A DNA stretch of 37,183 bases from an uncultured bacterium (lineage in GTDB: Bacteria; Patescibacteriota; Saccharimonadia; CAILAD01; BJGX01), in contig CAILAD010000020.1 of NCBI GenBank assembly GCA_903832035.1, positions 1 through 37,183 on the forward strand, written 5' to 3'. The notes below the pieces were generated by a model, which was not told the DNA's origin, did not search any database, and was given only the letters and a program-made list of their open reading frames with translations. How positions within the stretch are numbered: the stretch's first letter is position 1; each line of letters begins with the position of its first letter. Position numbers and translations under genes: made by a program. Positions 9,536 to 17,561 of this stretch are shown piece by piece.

Positions 9536-9936
9536 TAAGTTAGCTATAAGCCGAATTTTGTTCATCTCGTAAGAGACTTGGTAATCATCTATCTCGTCTG
9601 GACAAAGTCCAGGGCGTCGTGTAAAACACAATCGTGCGATATACCCATAAAAAAGCGAGAAACTTCATCTATAAATAGATAGGGCCCATAATCTTGCAGC
9701 CAACAGGGTTTACCACCGCATATATGTCACCATACAGCGCTGTGAGCTTTTACCTCACTCTTTTCACCCTTACCCCTCACCATTACAATCAATAAATTGA
9801 TCAAAATGGTGAGGGGCGGTATTGTCTCTGCGGCACTTTCCCGAGGGTCACCCCTGGTTGCCGTTAGCAACTGTTGTACTCTGTGCTGTTCGGACTTTCC
9901 TCTCTGGTTAGACCAGAGCGATTACCCGCTAACTAC
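9535..9936 (-). ncRNA. rnpB: RNase P RNA (bacterial, type-A-like)
   Basis: The minus strand has GAGGAAAGTCCG near the 5' end, GAAAGTGCC, AGGGTGAAA, GGTAAACC, AGATAGATGAT and a 3' ACAAAATTCGGCTTAT. The termini pair (AGTTAGC/GCTAACT). TATAAT lies just upstream. Confidence 0.95.
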
Positions 9937-9967
9937 TGATTATTATACCTGAAAAGTGTTAATTTGT

Positions 9968-10381
9968 CTACTTCTGAGACTGCCTATCTAGGCAGATATT
10001 TACCTGCTCATCAGCCAGCTTATTATCTGATCGATAGACATGGGTAAATGATATATCCAAACCTACTATTTTATTTATTATCTCTCTATACAAGGGTGAG
10101 ATATTGGCGTTTTTAACCCTGTATTCACCGTTGAGTTGCTTCTCAACTAGCTGACTGTCTAGATAAAACTCTATCTTCATATCTTTGTACTCACTGATAT
10201 TGTCTAGGGCCAATAAGACAGCACTATACTCAGCATAGTTATTGGTCTGAATTCCAAGATATTTTGAATATTCAGCTACTACATTACTATCCGCATCTAT
10301 AAAAACAACGCCTGAAGCAGCAGGTCCTGGGTTTCCTCTAGATCCGCCGTCACAAAAAATCTTTATCGTCTGAGTAGCCAT
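9968..10381 (-). CDS. rnhA: Ribonuclease HI
   Basis: FCDGGSRGNPGPA, TNNYAEY, LDSQLV..QLNGEYRVK, HVYRSDNKLAD. Confidence 0.93.
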   Translation of the reverse strand: MATQTIKIFCDGGSRGNPGPAASGVVFIDADSNVVAEYSKYLGIQTNNYAEYSAVLLALDNISEYKDMKIEFYLDSQLVEKQLNGEYRVKNANISPLYREIINKIVGLDISFTHVYRSDNKLADEQVNICLDRQSQK

Positions 10382-11145
10382 ACACCAACAACCAATACAC
10401 CTACCACAATCCTATATACAACAAATGCCAACATCGAGTGCTTCTTGAGATATCCTAAAAACCACCTTATGACTACCATACTAGCAATAAAAGTAATTAT
10501 TATTCCGGTAAATAAATCAAAGTTAGTTAGAGTATGGTCAGGATGTTTCATTAGATCATAAACCTTATATAGTCCCGCACCGAGCGATATAGGGGTTGCA
10601 AGCAGGAAGCTAAATCTGGCCGCAGCTTCTCTATTAAAACCCAGCCATAATCCGGCAGTTATTGTAATACCAGATCTTGATGCACCAGGTATAAAGGCTA
10701 GAATCTGAGCAAGACCTACAAACATGCTCTGTTTTAATGTAATCTTCTCAACAGCTTCTTCTTTTTTACCAACTTTATCTACGTAATATAATAGACCACT
10801 AAAAAATATCATACCCAGACCTACTACTAGCGGTGCGTAGCTCGCTTCGTGCAAATACTTAGTTATCACTTTATCACCTAAAAACCCTAATACTGCAGCG
10901 GGGACTGATGCGGCGACAATGTACCACAGAAGCTTATCTTTAGTTTTAATCATCTCGACAAACTCTTTAGCAAAATAGACCAGCAAGGCTAGGGCTGTAC
11001 CAACATGGATTGCAGCATCAAAGGCGAGCCCAGGGTCGTTAAATTGGAATAGCCAGGGCACCAACATTAAATGGGCAGATGAACTGATTGGCAAAAACTC
11101 GGTAACGCTTTGTACCAGTGACAGCAATATGACTATAAATAACAT
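10363..11145 (-). CDS. uppP: Undecaprenyl-diphosphate phosphatase (BacA)
   Basis: QSVTEFLPISSSAH, PGASRSGITI, AARFSFLLATP. Confidence 0.95.
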   Translation of the reverse strand: MLFIVILLSLVQSVTEFLPISSSAHLMLVPWLFQFNDPGLAFDAAIHVGTALALLVYFAKEFVEMIKTKDKLLWYIVAASVPAAVLGFLGDKVITKYLHEASYAPLVVGLGMIFFSGLLYYVDKVGKKEEAVEKITLKQSMFVGLAQILAFIPGASRSGITITAGLWLGFNREAAARFSFLLATPISLGAGLYKVYDLMKHPDHTLTNFDLFTGIIITFIASMVVIRWFLGYLKKHSMLAFVVYRIVVGVLVVGVWLLRR

Positions 11146-11150
11146 TATTT

Positions 11151-11561
11151 TTAAAATCCTCCCTGGGCCAATATGGCACTTCTTAATTTATCTGCGACCG
11201 GCCTAAGCTCCGTTAGGTCTTTTCTAACAGCATTAGTGTGGTCTATATCTGATTCTTTTCTGATTGGAATTAAGTGAATATGGGTATGGGGCACCTGGAA
11301 GCCTACGATAGATAGCCCTATCTTAGGAGCGTTATAAATAGACTTGAGCAGCTTGGCCATCTTCTTTGCAATATCCAAGCAGTGGATATAGGTCTTATCA
11401 TCAAGCTCTTCCCAGTTATCCACCTGCTCTAGAGGAATTACCATACAGTGACCTTCGGCGTGTGGCGCAATAGTCAGCATTATAAAACAGGTCTCGTCAC
11501 GGTATAGAATTTCACCTTCGGCCTGCCCTTTAGCTATTTTTGTAAAAATTGAATCTGTCAT
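11151..11561 (-). CDS. HIT family protein
   Basis: SIFTKI, GH..VIP and the histidine triad VPHTHIHLIP. Confidence 0.93.
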   Translation of the reverse strand: MTDSIFTKIAKGQAEGEILYRDETCFIMLTIAPHAEGHCMVIPLEQVDNWEELDDKTYIHCLDIAKKMAKLLKSIYNAPKIGLSIVGFQVPHTHIHLIPIRKESDIDHTNAVRKDLTELRPVADKLRSAILAQGGF

Positions 11562-11722
11562 CTGTTGGTATTAGGGTTTTCGGTAGCTAACTGTTCTGCG
11601 TGGGAATAGATACTTGAAATACTATTTAGCTGTGAATTTATTGAATTCTGCATACTAGATAGATAGAACATATAGGTACCTAAGACACCCGCTAGAACTG
11701 TAAGTTTGATTATTGCCCCCAT
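11558..11722 (-). CDS. Small (54-aa) putative membrane-anchored or secreted protein, absent from the ORF track
   Basis: MGAIIKLTVLAGVLGTYMFYLSSMQNSINSQLNSISSIYSHAEQLATENPNTNR*. The stop overlaps the HIT start (ATGA). TTTACA-17-TATGCT lies 7 nt before the ATG. An alternative in-frame ATG is at 11734. Confidence 0.6.
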   Translation of the reverse strand: MGAIIKLTVLAGVLGTYMFYLSSMQNSINSQLNSISSIYSHAEQLATENPNTNR

Positions 11723-11777
11723 ACCATCTAGCATAAATCGCTAAACTAACAATGTAAAGTAAGATAATAACAAATCT

Positions 11778-11853
11778 TGGTCAGGGTGACAGGACTTGAA
11801 CCTGCGACCTCACGGCCCCCAGCCGTACGCGCTACCAACTGCGCCACACCCTG
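11778..11853 (-). tRNA. tRNA-Pro (GGG)
   Basis: Cloverleaf CAGGGTG...CT-GGG-GG...TTCAAGT...CACCCTG-A-CCA. Confidence 0.97.
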
Positions 11854-11952
11854 TCGCTTTATACATTATACCAGTTATAAAACAATTAAATAACCATAAC
11901 TATTTACATACCTATAGTGCTATGACACAATATAAATGTAAGAGTAATTTTA

Positions 11953-12495
11953 GTGCAGAAAATACCTAAATCAGCCCAACTACTAGCCGTGATAGCCAAG
12001 AGAGACCTTGTGCGTCACGGCAATATTATTAAAGATCAAGCTTTGCTGGAGATGTTTTCTGATGCCAGAACCACAACCCCCTCCAGGAGAATTGCTGATA
12101 CAGCTTCACTTCTAGCTAAACAGGGCTTTTTAAGTGTTGGTATCATAGATAGCCAGAAGGTCTACACCATAACTAAAAAAGGCCGAGAGAAAGTTAATCG
12201 GGCTGAGGCTATGAAAAGTGTTATTACGTCAGACCGCTGGGATGGTAGATACTACTTAGTCACCTTCGATATCCCAGAGAATAAAAAGGTAGTCAGAAAT
12301 CAAATCATTATCGACCTTAAGAGAGCCGGCTTTATAAACTACAGCAAGGGCATATGGTTGTCACCCTATAACCCTATAGGCTACATTGAATCTGTTCGAA
12401 AGAGATATGATCTAAAGAAGAATATAAAACTTATTGTCGCCAGCCATCTAGAAGATGAAGCAAAAATAAAAAGACACTTTAAATTAGTGTCTTAG
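11953..12495 (+). CDS. PaaX-like protein (wHTH plus Cas2-like ferredoxin-fold domain)
   Basis: wHTH wing VYTITKKG followed by WDGRYYLVTFDIPE..K..RN....L...GF....KGIWLSPY. Confidence 0.8.
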   Translation: MQKIPKSAQLLAVIAKRDLVRHGNIIKDQALLEMFSDARTTTPSRRIADTASLLAKQGFLSVGIIDSQKVYTITKKGREKVNRAEAMKSVITSDRWDGRYYLVTFDIPENKKVVRNQIIIDLKRAGFINYSKGIWLSPYNPIGYIESVRKRYDLKKNIKLIVASHLEDEAKIKRHFKLVS

Positions 12496-12511
12496 GTTAA
12501 GATATCAAAAA

Positions 12512-12666
12512 AGTCCGCTGTATCGAGAGTCATAAATAACCCTTCCCGCCAAAAGCTAGGTGGGTGCTCGCAGTCACCTGGATAGACCAGGCACAATCTA
12601 AAGCTCCCGGGAGTTATGTTTAATCAGAAAAAGTTATTAGACTTTAAAATTCGAATACAGCAGACT
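12512..12666 (-). ncRNA. ssrS: Probable 6S RNA
   Basis: Long rod with closing pairings GTCTGCTGTATTCGA/TCGATACAGCGGAC and AGTCTAATAAC/GTTATTTATGACT. It has a central unpaired region and the motifs GGGAGC and GCACCCACCT..GCGGG seen in Firmicutes-type 6S RNAs. Confidence 0.75.
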
Positions 12667-12675
12667 CAATCTACA

Positions 12676-13311
12676 TTATAGCATTATTTGGTGACCCAAT
12701 ATAAAGCTGGCAATAGATGAAACTGCCGAGGATATGAATGGTGACAAGAAACTGAAGGCAATAAAAATAAAGGCAAATACCAATAGCAGTCCGTACCGCT
12801 CCATCTGATCCATGACATCCCTAACCGAACCTGGAACTACCGCATAGAGGACCCGCGAGCCATCGAGTGGAGGAAAAGGTATCATGTTGAAAATAAAAAA
12901 GGCTAAGTTTATAAGCATAAACTCGAGCAAAAACTTCTCGTAAACCCCACTAATTGGTGCCAATCTTAAATACAGACCCACAAAAGTAGCCATTATTAGA
13001 TTACTAAATGGGCCTGCAACCGCCACCAACGCGGCTCCCCATCTGCCATATCTAACAGCATAGGGGTTGAAAGGTACCGGCTTAGCCGCACCAAAGACTA
13101 CTGGTGACCCAAAGAATATTAAAGCGATTGGCATAACTAGGGTTGTTAATGGATCGATATGGGCCGCAGGGTTTAAGGTAAGCCTGCCTTCTTGTTTGGC
13201 GGTAACGTCACCAAGCAGATGACCGGCCCAAGCATGACTAAACTCATGAATCGTCAGCGCAATCACTACAATTACAATATATAGAGCTATTCCAATTACT
13301 GTATTATCCAT
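12676..13311 (-). CDS. Site-2 protease (peptidase M50)
   Basis: HEFSH, GRLTLNP..HIDP, VAVAGP.SN, FNMIPFPPLDG. Start ATG 13311 preferred; the track gives 13320. Confidence 0.93.
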   Translation of the reverse strand: MDNTVIGIALYIVIVVIALTIHEFSHAWAGHLLGDVTAKQEGRLTLNPAAHIDPLTTLVMPIALIFFGSPVVFGAAKPVPFNPYAVRYGRWGAALVAVAGPFSNLIMATFVGLYLRLAPISGVYEKFLLEFMLINLAFFIFNMIPFPPLDGSRVLYAVVPGSVRDVMDQMERYGLLLVFAFIFIAFSFLSPFISSAVSSIASFILGHQIML

Positions 13312-13388
13312 ATAATGCATTTTACCATAGTATCTATTGCATAACCCCAGTCTATATGATAAGATATTTAGGTTAAATTTTAGATATT

Positions 13389-13619
13389 ATGTCATACAAA
13401 TGCGATATAACCGGTAAAGGTAAACAGTTTGGTAATAACCGCTCTCACTCACTTAGAGCGACTAAAAAAGCGTGGAAACCAAACCTACAAACAAAGACTT
13501 TGGTCATTGATGGCCAGAAGGTTCGCTTAAAGCTAGCCGCCTCTACCATTCGCACTCTTAAGAAGTATCAAAATCAGATAGAATCCAAAGAATTAGCAGC
13601 CAAAGAAGCTGTAAAATAA
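13389..13619 (+). CDS. rpmB: 50S ribosomal protein L28
   Basis: CDITGKGKQFGNNRSHS..ATKKAWKPNLQ. Confidence 0.96.
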   Translation: MSYKCDITGKGKQFGNNRSHSLRATKKAWKPNLQTKTLVIDGQKVRLKLAASTIRTLKKYQNQIESKELAAKEAVK

Positions 13620-13650
13620 CAACCTCTTACCGAAAAGAGGTTGTTTTTTT
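13618..13650 (+). terminator. Intrinsic terminator of rpmB
   Basis: AACAACCTCTT-loop-AAGAGGTTGTT followed by a T tract. Confidence 0.85.
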
Positions 13651-13733
13651 GTAGCCATAAATAACCTAACTAAGGTGTCGCTACTAGTATAGTTTGGTTA
13701 CATCTTGTAAACTAAGCATAACAAGTTAAATTT

Positions 13734-14426
13734 ATGCAAAATAAAAACAAGAATACTCTGTACTGCTTTAGTCCACCTGTTATGATTGCGACCATAATAA
13801 TAGAAATTGGTCTAGCCATCTATAGCCTGATTCGATTAAAATCTTCTAATATAAAAAATACTCTGGTTATAACGCTTCTTTTACTAGCAGCCTTTCAGTT
13901 TGCTGAATTCTTTGTTTGCGGCAACACTAGCGAATCAAGTATCAAAATCGCATCCCGAATAGGCTACGTAGCCATTACATTCCTGCCAGCCCTTGGAGTA
14001 CTACTGGCCAATCAGATTGCCGGGCGTAAACGCCATTGGAGTTCTTATGTAGCCCTTGGCCTCGCCGCCGTCTTTGCAACATATTTTGGACTAGCTCCAA
14101 ACTCAATCAATTCTGGTATATGTGCGGGTAATTACGTAATATTCAACCTGATAGCACCGGCCAGCATAATATATGAAGCATATTATTTCATAACAACGGC
14201 CTGGATTATCGGTCTTGGCATGACTTTACCTAGTAAGATTAAGGCCAAGAAACGTAAGCAAGCCTTACAATGGCTTGTTATTGCAGTACTATCCTTTATA
14301 GTGCCGACTGGAATTGTTTATATGATAAACCCTAGTACGGTTAGGGCTATACCCTCTATAATGTGTGGTTTCGCAATACTTTATGCGTTCATATTAACCA
14401 GTAAAGTAGTAACTAAGATCAGTTAA
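13734..14426 (+). CDS. Multi-pass (about 6-7 TM) membrane protein of unknown function
   Basis: 230 aa with repeated hydrophobic segments and several Cys (FQFAEFFVC, ICAGNY, SIMCGFA). Confidence 0.8.
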   Translation: MQNKNKNTLYCFSPPVMIATIIIEIGLAIYSLIRLKSSNIKNTLVITLLLLAAFQFAEFFVCGNTSESSIKIASRIGYVAITFLPALGVLLANQIAGRKRHWSSYVALGLAAVFATYFGLAPNSINSGICAGNYVIFNLIAPASIIYEAYYFITTAWIIGLGMTLPSKIKAKKRKQALQWLVIAVLSFIVPTGIVYMINPSTVRAIPSIMCGFAILYAFILTSKVVTKIS

Positions 14427-14446
14427 GTAGTTTATATCGTTATTTA

Positions 14447-14983
14447 TTAATTTAAAACTACTAATCGCTGTTGCTCGGTCTCAGATAGCTCTTTTTTAGA
14501 TATTTTAAATTTACTAACTGATTCGTAATCACTGCCAAATTCTGCAGCAAGTAGCTTAAGTTGCTCTTCTTTGTAGCTGTGAGGAATGATTATCTTAGGT
14601 TCAATCTGGTTTATAATCTTGGTAGTGATTTCGGCTTTCTCACCAATAACTGGGACAATTAAAATATCTACTGTAGAAAAGGCCTCAACCTGATCATCAC
14701 TAAGTACTTCTTTAACGTCTTCGGGCAGGTAGGCTGCTCTTACGCCTTCTGTAATTAAGCTAAAACCACATTTACCATCAATAACAGGTATGGCATCAAT
14801 CATACAACTTTTAACTTCGTATTCTCCCTGAGAATCAAATACTATTGAATCAGACTTGGGCGCATCTGGTTGTGGGGCTGAGTTTAAACTCACATCAGAC
14901 TTATCATCAGGTGAATCTATAGCCACATCGATAGCTTTTGAGCTAATAAGGAATCCGTTATTTTTAGTTTTTATTATTTCCAT
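14447..14983 (-). CDS. Degenerate MBL-fold metallo-hydrolase-like protein
   Basis: GEYEV, VDILIVPV, QIEPKIIIP motifs; no intact HxHxDH. Confidence 0.7.
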   Translation of the reverse strand: MEIIKTKNNGFLISSKAIDVAIDSPDDKSDVSLNSAPQPDAPKSDSIVFDSQGEYEVKSCMIDAIPVIDGKCGFSLITEGVRAAYLPEDVKEVLSDDQVEAFSTVDILIVPVIGEKAEITTKIINQIEPKIIIPHSYKEEQLKLLAAEFGSDYESVSKFKISKKELSETEQQRLVVLN

Positions 14984-15010
14984 GTGTCTATTATATCAAT
15001 AAAGTAAGCT

Positions 15011-16045
15011 TTATTTCTCTATTTTGTCGTAATAATTTTTATATAAACTACCAACCACGACCGAGGCAGCGGCAGTTACCGGAACTGCTATTAAAACACC
15101 AACAAAACCGAGTAAAGTTGCCCCTACCAAGGCGGCCAGTAATACTACCATAGGGTGTATACCAACTACCTTCCTCATTACATTTGGCACGATTAGGTTG
15201 CCTTCCAGTTGCTGGACTACCAAAAAGAATATACCTACTATTAAGGCTTTAAGAGGAGAGCCCGTAAGTAAGGCTACCAATACAGCCGGTATAGCACCTA
15301 AGTATGCTCCGACCATTGGTACGGCCTCCATAAGTCCAGCAAATAAAGCAAGGGTTAGTGCATATTCCACCCCAATAATGGTTAGGCCTAGATAAGCGGC
15401 CGTAAATATAATTAAGCACAATATTACTTGCCCCCTCAGCCAATTCCCAAGCCTATCTGATACTTCGTGAAGAATCTTAACAAACTGTTCTCGCCAAACC
15501 TTCTTTGGTAGTAGTCCAGATAAGATAACGGCAAATTTCCTGCCACTAGCAAGCATATATATTAAAAATATAAAGAAGGTTATAAAACTAAAAAAACCTC
15601 CAGCTATACCTACCGATATTGAAGTAGCATTTTCTGAAATTCTATTTGAATTTTTATTAAGCCACGCTGATGAATAGTCATAACCTGCCTTTGTTAGTGA
15701 GTGACTATATGAAAAATCCTTTATCTGTTGCTGGTAGCTCGGCCACTTATTGTTAAGGTTTTGAGCCTGAGATATGGTCGTAGGTATAACCTGAGATGTT
15801 ATAAGGCCAAATATCGCTACGATCGTCAATATGACGATAGCTACAGAAACACCTCGACGTAATTTAAACTTTCTCTCTAGGAGTGAAACGACCGGGTTTA
15901 GAGCTATGGCAAAGATCCCCGCTACAGCCACGGATATAATAATGCCTGAAATCTGAAATATTACCCAGACAAAGGCCAATGTAAGTAGTAAATAAATAAA
16001 TGTGAGTGGCGAAACTACTACTACGTGGCGCTTTGCGTCCTTCAT
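15011..16045 (-). CDS. AI-2E (PerM) family transporter
   Basis: ALNPVV..LE, WLRGQ, VPMVGA, QQLEGNLIVP.VM..VGIHP. Confidence 0.93.
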   Translation of the reverse strand: MKDAKRHVVVVSPLTFIYLLLTLAFVWVIFQISGIIISVAVAGIFAIALNPVVSLLERKFKLRRGVSVAIVILTIVAIFGLITSQVIPTTISQAQNLNNKWPSYQQQIKDFSYSHSLTKAGYDYSSAWLNKNSNRISENATSISVGIAGGFFSFITFFIFLIYMLASGRKFAVILSGLLPKKVWREQFVKILHEVSDRLGNWLRGQVILCLIIFTAAYLGLTIIGVEYALTLALFAGLMEAVPMVGAYLGAIPAVLVALLTGSPLKALIVGIFFLVVQQLEGNLIVPNVMRKVVGIHPMVVLLAALVGATLLGFVGVLIAVPVTAAASVVVGSLYKNYYDKIEK

Positions 16046-16734
16046 TTAATAGTAACCTCATCATCTGATACCACAGATATACGGGTAGTGTCTTCTAGGC
16101 CTGTATCATCTAAAGACCCTGAATTATCCTGCTCAGAACCAACCTTCTTAAATATCTTAAGGTCATCATACAAAACTACCTTCTTTGCATCGAGGATATC
16201 TGTAAGAAACCTGTCATTAAGGTTTCTGCGGTAATCAAAGTCCTCAAGACGCATACTGGTATAGTTGAGTTCTCGAGACATCTCTTTTTCCATGTCGGCA
16301 ATAATTTGCGCTAGCTTTGCTCTATTTAGGTCTCCGACGATGAATATATCTATTTGTTGATTACTACCCCTAACAAAAGCCCCAGTCAGAAATATTAATC
16401 TTACATTACCAGCCTTTTTAATTCTTTTTAGTATCTGGTCGTCTTCCTTTGTCTGCTTGATGGCTTTTGACTTAGCAGGAATCTTGGTAAATATTGACTG
16501 TAACTCGGCATGGAACTTATATTTTTGATCAACTTCATAATAAAGCCTATTGCCCTGACTCACTGAGCGAACGATACCGATGTTTAATAGGTTCTGTAAC
16601 TCACGACGTACTGAGTTTATTTGCTCATCAATTTTTCGGGTTATCTCACGGACATAGAATGGTCTTTCAGGATTATTATAAAACAAGCTAAGTAGCTTAA
16701 CCCTAGTCTTTGATCCAAACAATTGTTCAAACAT
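16042..16734 (-). CDS. Winged-HTH regulator fused to a nucleotidyltransferase-like domain
   Basis: LFGSKTRVKLL..F..YVREITR..EQINSVRREL.NL..IG at the N-terminus, LTGAFVRG....IDIFIVGD at the C-terminus, GAGGAG SD. Confidence 0.75.
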   Translation of the reverse strand: MFEQLFGSKTRVKLLSLFYNNPERPFYVREITRKIDEQINSVRRELQNLLNIGIVRSVSQGNRLYYEVDQKYKFHAELQSIFTKIPAKSKAIKQTKEDDQILKRIKKAGNVRLIFLTGAFVRGSNQQIDIFIVGDLNRAKLAQIIADMEKEMSRELNYTSMRLEDFDYRRNLNDRFLTDILDAKKVVLYDDLKIFKKVGSEQDNSGSLDDTGLEDTTRISVVSDDEVTIK

Positions 16735-16844
16735 ACCATCTCCTCGCCAGTAGTATTTTAGTGTTCAAGCTTGCATGCAACCTGAACTACTACCTAATAA
16801 ATCTGATTATACACTACATTGAATACATTTTTCAAACAACAATA

Positions 16845-17561
16845 TTAGTTAGTTAGATTTATAATACTTTGTAGAGTTTTATTCTCTAACGAATCATCGA
16901 GGTTCTTGAGTACAAAATTTGGCTCTATTTTATGTACTGCTTTTTCTATTAAGAAGTCGGCAACTTTTGGGTTTTTTGGCAGAAATGAACCGTGCATGTA
17001 CGTACCGATTGAATTACCCTGAATTATGCCCTCTCCAATTGACTGACTGGTATTCCCAAAACCCTTCAGCACTTTTCCGAGCGCTAAGCTACCATCTAGG
17101 AGTTCTGTCTCTCCGCTATGATTTTCAAAACCAACCATCTCTCCAAACACATCATTTTGCACCACTAGGTTGCCAATCATCCTTTGATCACTAGCCCTGG
17201 TTACCAAGTCAAATAGTCCTATTCCAGGTAACTTTTCACCTTCCGACGTTACAAAATACTTACCGAATAACTGATAGGCTCCACATATTGCCAGGATTGG
17301 GGTTCCTCTTCGGGCATGATCGTGGATTATGTCTGATTTAAGTAATAAGTCCTTAGCTACCAGCTGTTGCCCCCTGTCTTGACCGCCACCCATGAATATA
17401 ATGTCATATTCACCCTTTAAATCATCACCGATTGAGACAGGGTGGTAAGTACTTTTTATACCTCGCCACTCCATTCTTTTCTGTAAAGTAATAATGTTGC
17501 CAAAATCACCATATATATTCATCCTGTCAGGATATAAATGAAGTATTTTTATAGCCCTCAT
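16845..17561 (-). CDS. gatD: Lipid II isoglutaminyl synthase subunit GatD (CobQ-like glutamine amidotransferase)
   Basis: LYPDRMNIYGDFGN, GGGQD, LAICGAYQLFG, GFENHSG, TYMHG..LPKNP; coupled to murT. Confidence 0.92.
   Translation of the reverse strand: MRAIKILHLYPDRMNIYGDFGNIITLQKRMEWRGIKSTYHPVSIGDDLKGEYDIIFMGGGQDRGQQLVAKDLLLKSDIIHDHARRGTPILAICGAYQLFGKYFVTSEGEKLPGIGLFDLVTRASDQRMIGNLVVQNDVFGEMVGFENHSGETELLDGSLALGKVLKGFGNTSQSIGEGIIQGNSIGTYMHGSFLPKNPKVADFLIEKAVHKIEPNFVLKNLDDSLENKTLQSIINLTN

Noticed and set aside
9488-9631. N-terminal extension of the sugar transferase in the ORF track
   Set aside because: It lies inside the RNase P RNA gene and its terminator; ATG 9487 has its own TATAAT.
11953-12666. 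cas2 with a CRISPR array
   Set aside because: No repeat-spacer array or other cas gene is visible. The protein has a wHTH (PaaX-like), and the adjacent intergenic DNA is a single rod-like RNA.
16766-16778. CAAGCTTGCATGC, resembling the pUC HindIII-SphI polylinker
   Set aside because: The match is only 13 nt, does not continue into CTGCAG, and is part of a native palindrome.
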